Program-made: the position numbers and the translations under genes
Virus record (IMG/VR): IMGVR_UViG_3300038393_001217
Coordinates: 1 to 40,753 of that record
Origin: a virus
Lineage: Duplodnaviria; Caudoviricetes
Strand: one strand, 5' to 3'
DNA length: 40,753 bases
Part shown: piece after piece, positions 15,605 to 22,758 of the stretch
Layout: the number at the start of each line of letters is the position of its first letter
Position numbering within the stretch: the stretch's first letter is position 1
Notes under the pieces: generated by a model
The model's database searches: none
What the model saw: only the letters and a program-made list of their open reading frames with translations
Told to the model about the DNA's origin: nothing

Positions 15605-15634
15605 TTTGAGGCATCCTTTGCACATGAGCCCACA
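15560..15634 (+). promoter_or_regulatory. Cluster of DnaA-box-like 9-mers
   Basis: AAATCCACA 15560, TCATCCACA 15571, CCGTCCACA 15581, CTTTGCACA 15616, GAGCCCACA 15626, with a CAAATCA-C-TGATTTG palindrome between them. Confidence 0.5.
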
Positions 15635-15818
15635 GACCCACTCAGAGTGCGCGATCAAGGCGGCCATGGACGCCATGGGTCCCTGCCAGCGCAGTTCGGC
15701 CATCGTGGTTCTGATGATGGCCCTGGCGCGTCAGGCGCAGCTGGAGCTTGGGGCCGAAGCGGCTGCGACCCTGGCCTACCAGGTCGCCGACCAATTGGCG
15801 GTGGACGTCAAACCATGA
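15624..15818 (+). CDS. Hypothetical protein
   Basis: ATGA-coupled to the primase-helicase. Confidence 0.5.
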   Translation: MSPQTHSECAIKAAMDAMGPCQRSSAIVVLMMALARQAQLELGAEAAATLAYQVADQLAVDVKP

Positions 15819-17731
15819 GCGCGTCCGTGGCCACCACCTCCGATCCCTTCGTCGTCCACATGGAAGCGGTCGCCCGCAAGTGCTTGGGGGAACCGAACCC
15901 GCGCCTGTCGAGCGCCGCGGAACTGCGCTTCGGCGCCCACGGCAGTCTCTCCATCGATCTGGAGCGCGGCGTCTGGATGGACCACGAGGCGGGCAAGGGC
16001 GGCGGGGTCATGGACTTCCTGGCCCGCGAGAAGGGCTTGCGTGGTCAGGAAGCGATTGCGTGGCTGCGCCGCGAGGTCGGCGCGCCGTTCGAGGATCGCG
16101 CCGCGGACAAGGACCCGCCGCCCAAGGCGCAGCTGGTGGCGACCTACGACTACATCGACGAGAACGGCGAGGTCCTGTTTCAGGTCTGCCGCTTCTCCCC
16201 GAAGACGTTCCGCCAGCGCCGGCCGGATCCTTCGTCGCCCGGCGGCTGGGCCTGGGGCGTCAAGGGTGTGCGCCAGGTCCCATATCGCTATGCCGAGGTT
16301 CTGAGCGCCATCGCCAGGCACGACATGGTGTTTCTCGTCGAGGGCGAGAAGGACGCGGACAACCTCGCCAAGGAAGAGCTTTGCGCCACGTGCAACGCCA
16401 TGGGCGCGGGCAAGTGGTCGGATGAGCTTTCGGCGCTCCTCACCGGCGCCACGGTCTGCATCCTGCCCGACAACGACGACGCCGGGCGCGCCCATGCGGC
16501 CCAGGTCGCGGCCAGCCTGCAGGGCCGGGCCAAGTCCGTGCGGATGCTGGAACTCCACGACCTACCCCCCAAGGGCGACGTGTCGGACTGGCTGGCGATG
16601 GGCGGGGAGGGGGCCGAGCTCGCCATGATGGCGGCCAAGGCCCCGGAATGGTCCCCGGAGCCGCCCAAGAGCCAGTTCGAGGCCATCCGCTGGTCCGACC
16701 TCGATGCGGTCAGCGTGCCCTATCTGCCGCTCGTCAAGGGCCTGATCTTCCAGGGCGACAAGGGGATGTTCTACGGCGACTCCATGGCCGGCAAGAGCTT
16801 CCTGGCCCTGGACATGGCCTTGGCCATCGCCCGCGGCGTGCCGTTCCTTGGCCTGAAGACCACACAGGGCGGCGTCATCTATCAGGCCGGCGAGGGCGGC
16901 AAGGGCTTCCTGAAGCGGATGCGCGCCTATCGGCTGGAGCATCGCGTGACGGGCGATCTGCCCTTCGTCCTGCTGCCCAAGAAGGTCAACCTGTTCTCCC
17001 ACGACGGCGACACGGACAAGCTCATTCAGGAGTGCCTGGCCTGGAAGGCGGCGCTTCCGTGCCCCCTGTCGCTGATCGTGATCGACACGTTCTCGGCCGC
17101 CAGCACCGGCGCCAACGAGAACGCCTCGGAAGACATGGGCCGGATGCTCGACGCGGGCGACCGGCTGAACGAAGCGACCGGCTCTGCGGTCCTGTGGGTT
17201 CACCACAAGAACGCCGGCGGATTGCGCGAGCGCGGCCACACGAGCTTTCGCGCCAACATCGAGACCGTGGTGGAGGTGATCAAAGACCCTGAGACCAACG
17301 AACGACAACTGCACCTCGTGAAGCTGAAGGACGGCGAGAGCGGTCTGAAGCTCGGTTTCGAGCTGCAATCTGTGACCCTTGGAAGCGACGACGACGGTGA
17401 CCTCATCACGTCCTGCGTAGTGAGACCCGCCCAGCTAGGAACGGCGCAGACCAGCAAACGACACCGGCTTTCCCCCGGCGAACATGCCTTCCTGAAGATC
17501 CTCGACACCGCCACCAGCCAGTTCGGCGGAGTGGTCCCGGGCCATGGCCTCTACGGCGTGGCGTGGGAAGCCTTCCGTGACCTCTATGTCCAACTCTACG
17601 GGCAGAACAAGAACTCGGGTGCTATTCGCACCGCAATGAGCCGCGACGGCGACGCATTGTGGAGGGGCGATTACATCGGGCGCGAGGATAGATGGCTCTG
17701 GGTGACAGATAAGGGGGCCGAATACCTATGA
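15815..17731 (+). CDS. Primase-helicase (TOPRIM + RepA/AAA_25-like helicase)
   Basis: VEGEKDAD and PDNDDAG TOPRIM motifs, Walker A GDSMAGKS, Walker B IVIDT, VHH..ERGHTS motif. Confidence 0.9.
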   Translation: MSASVATTSDPFVVHMEAVARKCLGEPNPRLSSAAELRFGAHGSLSIDLERGVWMDHEAGKGGGVMDFLAREKGLRGQEAIAWLRREVGAPFEDRAADKDPPPKAQLVATYDYIDENGEVLFQVCRFSPKTFRQRRPDPSSPGGWAWGVKGVRQVPYRYAEVLSAIARHDMVFLVEGEKDADNLAKEELCATCNAMGAGKWSDELSALLTGATVCILPDNDDAGRAHAAQVAASLQGRAKSVRMLELHDLPPKGDVSDWLAMGGEGAELAMMAAKAPEWSPEPPKSQFEAIRWSDLDAVSVPYLPLVKGLIFQGDKGMFYGDSMAGKSFLALDMALAIARGVPFLGLKTTQGGVIYQAGEGGKGFLKRMRAYRLEHRVTGDLPFVLLPKKVNLFSHDGDTDKLIQECLAWKAALPCPLSLIVIDTFSAASTGANENASEDMGRMLDAGDRLNEATGSAVLWVHHKNAGGLRERGHTSFRANIETVVEVIKDPETNERQLHLVKLKDGESGLKLGFELQSVTLGSDDDGDLITSCVVRPAQLGTAQTSKRHRLSPGEHAFLKILDTATSQFGGVVPGHGLYGVAWEAFRDLYVQLYGQNKNSGAIRTAMSRDGDALWRGDYIGREDRWLWVTDKGAEYL

Positions 17732-17739
17732 ACGAATAC

Positions 17740-17913
17740 TGTTACAACTGTTACTGTAACGGCCTTGTAACACCCGGAAAGGTGCATCGCGCAGCCTCGC
17801 GCGTACACGCGGGTAGTTATCCTTGGTATAGAACTAACCTAGGTATGTTACAAACCCCTCAAGGGTTTGTAACAATAACCAACCTCAGTGATGAAAGCTG
17901 CGCGCGAGCTTTC
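17740..17913. other. Probable replication origin (TGTTAC[A] iterons, AT-rich)
   Basis: Six TGTTAC/TGTAAC-type copies in 17740-17874, a perfect 12-bp IR at 17846-17874, AT-rich, directly after the primase-helicase. Confidence 0.6.
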
Positions 17914-17945
17914 GAGAACACTCAATCCGCGTCGGAGGTTGCTCG

Positions 17946-18449
17946 ATGATCCTCGCCGCCCTCGTCCACAACCGCACCGAAGCGGAGACAGCCCGGGATC
18001 TCCGAGCCAAGGGCTTCTGCGCCTACTACCCGCAGGAGACCATGGACCGTGTGATCATGGGCCGTAAGCGCCGGTTCCGCCGGCCGGCGTTTCCGGGCTA
18101 CATCTTCACCGAGTGCTTCGCCGCCGAGGACATTGCGGAAATCCGCAAACTGAAGAGCGTCTACGCCTTCGTGGTCACCAGGCTTCCCGATGGATCCAAG
18201 ACCCCCGCCAGCGTGTCTCCTGAGGCCCTGCAGGCGGTGTTCCTCGCCGAGCTGTTCGGGGAGCTGGACTACACCCGAAAGCCGGAAGCCTGGCAACCTA
18301 CCCGAGGCGAGCGGGTCAAGGTCAAGGCCGGTCTCTGGAAGGGCTACATCGCCAAGGTGCTGAGCATGACCAAGACCGCGGCTGTCCTGCAACCGGAGAA
18401 GGGCGGACGGCTGAAGGTGAAGCTGGACGAGTTGGAGAGGGCGGCATAA
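17946..18449 (+). CDS. NusG-family (NGN+KOW) antiterminator in Q position
   Basis: PAFPGYIF NGN motif; GERVKVKAGLWKGYIAKV KOW motif. Confidence 0.85.
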   Translation: MILAALVHNRTEAETARDLRAKGFCAYYPQETMDRVIMGRKRRFRRPAFPGYIFTECFAAEDIAEIRKLKSVYAFVVTRLPDGSKTPASVSPEALQAVFLAELFGELDYTRKPEAWQPTRGERVKVKAGLWKGYIAKVLSMTKTAAVLQPEKGGRLKVKLDELERAA

Positions 18450-18465
18450 ATCCGCACAAAACCCG

Positions 18466-18493
18466 TTGACAGTACGGATAAGATCCGTATTAT
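18466..18493 (+). promoter_or_regulatory. Strong promoter with palindromic operator
   Basis: TTGACA-N16-TATTAT enclosing TACGGAT-AAG-ATCCGTA (18473-18489). Confidence 0.8.
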
Positions 18494-18540
18494 TAACTCA
18501 ACGAACGGGGCAACGCCCCACCTGAAGAGGGCGAACCGAG

Positions 18541-18675
18541 ATGACCTACCACCTGCACATGATCGCCCAGCTGGAAAGCTTCCTGGCTCGCGGAGAAGGC
18601 AACGCGGTCGCTATCGCGCAGCGGATCGGCTTCCACCGCGCGCAACTCGCGAAGCACGGGGTCTTCGCCCTGTGA
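18541..18675 (+). CDS. 44-aa hypothetical protein
   Basis: Own translation: MTYHLHMIAQLESFLARGEGNAVAIAQRIGFHRAQLAKHGVFAL; GAGGG RBS; GTGA-coupled. Confidence 0.6.
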   Translation: MTYHLHMIAQLESFLARGEGNAVAIAQRIGFHRAQLAKHGVFAL

Positions 18676-18893
18676 GGGGCGATGACTTCTGGATCGCCCG
18701 CATCCGAGACAATCGGGTGCGGGGGCTAGTCGCAGAGCTGGCGGAGGCCATCAACGACTGCGAAGACCCAGACCTGCTCCACCTCCTGCGCGGCTCGCTT
18801 CGGCTGGGCCTCGCCAACCACGCCGCTCTAAGAGAGGACGCAATTCGAAATGCTAAGCCAACTAGCCAAAAACCGCGTCGATCGGGCCGTTAA
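18672..18893 (+). CDS. Hypothetical protein
   Basis: ORF track; coupled. Confidence 0.55.
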   Translation: MRGDDFWIARIRDNRVRGLVAELAEAINDCEDPDLLHLLRGSLRLGLANHAALREDAIRNAKPTSQKPRRSGR

Positions 18894-19020
18894 GGCTCTC
18901 GAGGAGGCGCGTGATCAGTGCGCGTCGGATGCCTACCGGTCCATGGCGCCGAAGAATAGTCCGACACGCCGCGCCGCAGCCAAGCTGGACAAGGCGCTGA
19001 GCCTTCTGGAGACGCTTTGA
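18850..19020 (+). CDS. 56-aa hypothetical protein
   Basis: Own translation: MLSQLAKNRVDRAVKALEEARDQC...LSLLETL; TTGA-coupled to the HTH gene. Confidence 0.5.
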   Translation: MLSQLAKNRVDRAVKALEEARDQCASDAYRSMAPKNSPTRRAAAKLDKALSLLETL

Positions 19021-19244
19021 CCCCCGAAGAACTACGTGACGCCCGCCGAGCCCTTGGCGAACTCTGGGGCTATGGTCGCCCGCTCCACGCGTCCGAGATG
19101 GGGCGGGCGCTTCGTTTGGGCGGACGCGATCCCGGCGAGAGCATCCGGGACTACGAGCGTGGGAAGACTCGGATCAGCGGCCCGATGTCGGTTGCCGTGG
19201 AGATGATGTTGCGGGGCGCCTTGCCGCCTGACGGGCTGCCGTAA
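19017..19244 (+). CDS. XRE-like HTH regulator
   Basis: MTPEELRDARRALG...SEMGRAL...IRDYERGKTRISGP pattern. Confidence 0.8.
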   Translation: MTPEELRDARRALGELWGYGRPLHASEMGRALRLGGRDPGESIRDYERGKTRISGPMSVAVEMMLRGALPPDGLP

Positions 19245-19253
19245 CACAACCCC

Positions 19254-19283
19254 TTGCGAACCAGCCATAGTTAAGGCAATATC
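19254..19283 (+). promoter_or_regulatory. Putative late promoter
   Basis: TTGCGA-N17-CAATAT ahead of a structured leader and the late operon. Confidence 0.5.
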
Positions 19284-19289
19284 TGTGGT

Positions 19290-19518
19290 AGGGAGTTCGG
19301 GGGAAAGGCTTCGGCCCGGGCGTTAGCGCCCCCGAATGGCGGTTAGATCGCCAATCCTGCGGGCCTGATAGGCCTGACCCTCCGAAAATGCGCTCCGAGA
19401 TATCCAAGCCCGCTGCCATGGGCTGAACGCGAACAAGGGCTTCACCGCGCCCGGCGTTCGCAACCTCCCTTGTGAACCCTGGACGCGTTCCCGGCTTGGC
19501 AGGCCGGGCGCGGTGGAG
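19290..19518 (+). ncRNA. Structured late leader RNA (antitermination element candidate)
   Basis: Multiple hairpins and long-range stems; see findings. Confidence 0.45.
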
Positions 19519-20019
19519 ATTGCCGTGGAGCCCTCGCAAACAACCCGGGCCCGCAAGATCGCGTGGCAACTGCTGACCGAGCTCGGCATCCCGATCCACC
19601 TGCCCCGCAACGAGATGCGCCAGCAGGGCAAGTTGGTCCGCAAGCAGCGAGCCCAAATCATACGGGCAGCGATGTTGGAGGGCAAGCGACGCGCTGCCGC
19701 CGAGGCGGAAGAACGGCGCCAAACCAAGCAAGCCGCTGAGCGTCAATGCGTCTACGTGATCAGCAGCCCAGGCCAACCCGTCAAGATCGGCATCGCCGAG
19801 GATGTCAGGGACCGTTTGCAGAGCCTGCAGGTGGGCTTCCCCTGGAAGTTGAGGGTCTACTTTCACGTTGAGGCATTCGGCGGATTGGCCCGGAAGGTCG
19901 AGCGCCAGTGTCACGCCCTTCTCGCCGACTACCGCCTCAGTGGCGAGTGGTTCGACTACGACCCCTATGCCGCTGCTGAGCTCGTTCAGGAAGTCCTGTC
20001 GAAGCTCAAGGTGGCCTAA
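19513..20019 (+). CDS. GIY-YIG-like (T5orf172/MUG113-type) protein
   Basis: VYVIS...VKIGIAEDVRDRLQSLQ...ERQCHALL...GEWF. Confidence 0.8.
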   Translation: MEIAVEPSQTTRARKIAWQLLTELGIPIHLPRNEMRQQGKLVRKQRAQIIRAAMLEGKRRAAAEAEERRQTKQAAERQCVYVISSPGQPVKIGIAEDVRDRLQSLQVGFPWKLRVYFHVEAFGGLARKVERQCHALLADYRLSGEWFDYDPYAAAELVQEVLSKLKVA

Positions 20020-20131
20020 CCCCTTCCCCAGCCCGAACGCCACACCCTCCCAGTAAGGCCGCTGCCTCCCCAGCGAGCCCTGTACCCAAAGGCGATCGGA
20101 CCACTGGGGAACCCCACACAGCGAGGCAATC

Positions 20132-20443
20132 ATGGAAGTCTACGGTTCGAATACGGCCGCCCCACCGTCACTTGTCGACAGCGTCGCTCGTGGCCACTGC
20201 TTGGTGGACGATCTCCACGCGGTGTTGATATCGCTCAATGGCATCCTCACCGGCACCGGCTCGGATGAGAACGCGCCGGGCGCCAACGCCCCTAGCGGGG
20301 GGCTTCTGTACGATGCCAGCAGCCTCGCCGACCGCCTCGCGCGCACACTGAAGGTCGCCGACAATCTGCGTAGCACCATCGGCTCGCGCAGCCTCGTGCA
20401 ATGTGCTGGGGTGGGCGCCGGCCCTCTCCGACCCAGCTACTGA
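20132..20443 (+). CDS. Hypothetical protein
   Basis: GAGG RBS; ORF track. Confidence 0.55.
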   Translation: MEVYGSNTAAPPSLVDSVARGHCLVDDLHAVLISLNGILTGTGSDENAPGANAPSGGLLYDASSLADRLARTLKVADNLRSTIGSRSLVQCAGVGAGPLRPSY

Positions 20444-20467
20444 CGCCTCCACAGCGAGGCCTCAACC

Positions 20468-20629
20468 ATGTTCGACGCCTACGCTTGCATAGCCGTCTTC
20501 CTGGTGATCATCATCGTGCAAGCGGCTCTCATCACCTCCCTCGCCCACGAGAACCGCAAGCTCCGCAAGCAGATCGCCCCGTTCGACCGGGACCATGATG
20601 GCCACATCGGAGGCTCGAAACCCGCATGA
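20468..20629 (+). CDS. Small single-TM protein
   Basis: Own translation: MFDAYACIAVFLVIIIVQAALITSLAHENRKLRKQIAPFDRDHDGHIGGSKPA; GAGG RBS. Confidence 0.6.
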   Translation: MFDAYACIAVFLVIIIVQAALITSLAHENRKLRKQIAPFDRDHDGHIGGSKPA

Positions 20630-20772
20630 CCCTGATCACCGCGATCATCCTGTTCCTCGGCGCGCTCCTCCTGGCCATCGGCCACAACAGCCCCGCCGGC
20701 ATCCGCACCCGCGTCGGCTCCATCCTCCTCGCGGTCGGCTTTGGCATCGCGCTGTTTGGAAGCGTCAGTTAG
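20626..20772 (+). CDS. Small two-TM protein
   Basis: Own translation: MTLITAIILFLGALLLAIGHNSPAGIRTRVGSILLAVGFGIALFGSVS; ATGA-coupled. Confidence 0.6.
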   Translation: MTLITAIILFLGALLLAIGHNSPAGIRTRVGSILLAVGFGIALFGSVS

Positions 20773-21032
20773 CGAGGCTTCCACTCGCCCTTGAGGCGGC
20801 TCTTGAAGGGCTCCGGCTGCGGTTTCCCCTGGCGGCGTGCGGCTTCGGCCCTGATGGCAGTCTGGACCTCGAGGGCCGGCAGGCTCGGACCCTGCGCCCG
20901 AAGCCCGGCGTCCAGAAGCGTCAGGATCGCCAGGTGGCGAGAAAGCTTTCGTTCCTTCGCCCACGCCTCGATGCACTCAAGACGAGCGGCGCCAGGGCGG
21001 AACGATATGGGCGGATCCTTCGGCTGAGACAT
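20769..21032 (-). CDS. Ribbon-helix-helix-like DNA-binding protein
   Basis: PPISFRP strand followed by IEAWAKERKLSRHLAILTLL helices. Confidence 0.6.
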   Translation of the reverse strand: MSQPKDPPISFRPGAARLECIEAWAKERKLSRHLAILTLLDAGLRAQGPSLPALEVQTAIRAEAARRQGKPQPEPFKSRLKGEWKPR

Positions 21033-21037
21033 CGCGG

Positions 21038-21067
21038 TGTATTACATCTTTCGTTGGATGTAGTACA
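21038..21067. promoter_or_regulatory. Inverted-repeat operator upstream of the RHH gene
   Basis: TGTATTACATC-N8-GATGTAGTACA (10/11 match). Confidence 0.6.
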
Positions 21068-21113
21068 GCCCCGCGACCCGGCCGCAGCTTGAAATCATCC
21101 AAGGCAGATCAAC

Positions 21114-21386
21114 ATGGGTCATGGCGGCGCGAGGCCTGGCGCCGGGCGCAAGCCGGGCTACACCACAAAGAAGACGCGGGAGATCGCCGACAGGGCCGCC
21201 AGCGAGGGTATCACTCCGCTGGAGTTCATGTTGAGCATCCTGCGCAACGAGGACAAGCCGGACGCCGAGCGGTTCGAGGCGGCCAAGCACGCGGCGCCCT
21301 ATATCCACCCGCGCCTGTCGACCATCGACGCCAGCGTTCAGGGCGGGTTGCGCATCGAGATCGTTGATGATCACGACGGCGATTAG
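21114..21386 (+). CDS. terS: Terminase small subunit (probable)
   Basis: GGARPGAGRKPG...TPLEFML...AAKHAAPYIHPRL; directly upstream of TerL. Confidence 0.75.
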   Translation: MGHGGARPGAGRKPGYTTKKTREIADRAASEGITPLEFMLSILRNEDKPDAERFEAAKHAAPYIHPRLSTIDASVQGGLRIEIVDDHDGD

Positions 21387-22758
21387 GCAGACTCTCACGG
21401 TCCGCCTGCCGAACGGCTGGAAGCGGCGGGACTATCAGGAGCCGCTCTGGCGCTACCTCAGGACCGGCGGGTTGCGGGCTGATGTCGCGTGGCATCGCCG
21501 GGCCGGCAAGGACGACGTCTCTCTGCACTGGACGGCCATAGCGTCGGCCAAGCGGGTCGGGACCTACTGGCACATGCTTCCTGAGGCGGCGCAGGCCCGC
21601 AAGGCCATCTGGGAGGCGATCAACCCGCACACGGGCTTGAGGCGTATCGACGAGGCCTTCCCGCGAGCTCTGCGGGAGAGCACCCGCGACAACGACATGC
21701 TGATCCGCTTCAAGAACGGGTCGACCTGGCAGGTCGTTGGCTCCGACAACTTCAACAGCCTCGTGGGCTCGCCGCCAGTCGGGGTGGTGTTCTCCGAATG
21801 GTCCTTGGCCAAGCCCGACGCCTGGACCTACATGCGGCCGATCCTCGCCGAGAACGGCGGGTGGGCGGTGTTTATCTGGACGCCGCGCGGTCGCAACCAC
21901 GCCACGCGGAGCTTCGAGGCGCGGGAGCGCGACCCGGAGTGGTTCACCCAGCGCCTGCCGGCGACCGAGACGGGCGTGTTCAGTGCTGAACAGCTCGCCA
22001 AGGAGCGGGCGGAACTGATCGCGGAGGCGGGGTCCGAGGACGAGGGCGACGCCAAGTACCGGCAAGAGTACCTGGTGGACTTCGATGCGGCGGTTCCGGG
22101 CTCCTACTACGGCCCGCAGATCGCCAAGGCCAAGGACGAGGGCCGAATTGGTCGCTTCCCCCATGACCCCGCGTTGCCGGTCCTAACGGCGTGGGACATC
22201 GGCGTGGATGACTACACCGCTATCTGGTTCCTTCAGGAGAACGGCCAGAAGGTCCGCGCCATCGACTACTTCGAGACCTCCGGCGAGGGGCCGGAGACGA
22301 TTGTTCCGATCCTCGAGGCCAAGGGCTATCGATACGGTCGCCACCATCTCCCGCATGACGTGATGGTGCGGGAGTGGGGGCAGGGCGCCCGCACTCGCTA
22401 TCAGACCCTCATGGGCCTCGGCGTGAAGCCGATCCGGGTTGGCGTCGCGCAGGACCCGGCCGAGCGGATCAACGCAGCCCGGCGGATACTGCCGATCGTG
22501 TCGTTCGATGCGCAGGCCTGCGCGGTGGGCCTGGACCGGCTGCGCAACTACCGCAAGCGCTGGAACGCCAGCCTGAGCACCTACACGGGTCCGCTCCACG
22601 ACGAGAACAGCCACGGCGCTGACGCCTTCGGAGAGTTCGCGGTGAATTGCCCGATCCGACCGCCCAAGCCGCCCGAGCCGACCAACAACCCCACCGACCT
22701 CGACATCTGGCGAGGCCGCCGACGCTCGGACGAGGAGGGCTCATGGAAGACGCTATGA
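21367..22758 (+). CDS. terL: Terminase large subunit
   Basis: WHRRAGKD Walker A, VVFSEW Walker B, TPRG, AWDIG and SHGADAF nuclease motifs. Confidence 0.93.
   Translation: MITTAIRQTLTVRLPNGWKRRDYQEPLWRYLRTGGLRADVAWHRRAGKDDVSLHWTAIASAKRVGTYWHMLPEAAQARKAIWEAINPHTGLRRIDEAFPRALRESTRDNDMLIRFKNGSTWQVVGSDNFNSLVGSPPVGVVFSEWSLAKPDAWTYMRPILAENGGWAVFIWTPRGRNHATRSFEARERDPEWFTQRLPATETGVFSAEQLAKERAELIAEAGSEDEGDAKYRQEYLVDFDAAVPGSYYGPQIAKAKDEGRIGRFPHDPALPVLTAWDIGVDDYTAIWFLQENGQKVRAIDYFETSGEGPETIVPILEAKGYRYGRHHLPHDVMVREWGQGARTRYQTLMGLGVKPIRVGVAQDPAERINAARRILPIVSFDAQACAVGLDRLRNYRKRWNASLSTYTGPLHDENSHGADAFGEFAVNCPIRPPKPPEPTNNPTDLDIWRGRRRSDEEGSWKTL

Noticed and set aside
17728-17949. 73-aa CDS (MNEYCYNCYCNG...)
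   Set aside because: The translation mirrors the TGTTAC iterons and the region is AT-rich. It is more likely the origin, although a coupling ORF cannot be excluded.
19360-19390. Hammerhead ribozyme (CTGA...GAAA)
   Set aside because: The core reads CTGATAG rather than CTGANGA, and the required stems are not evident.
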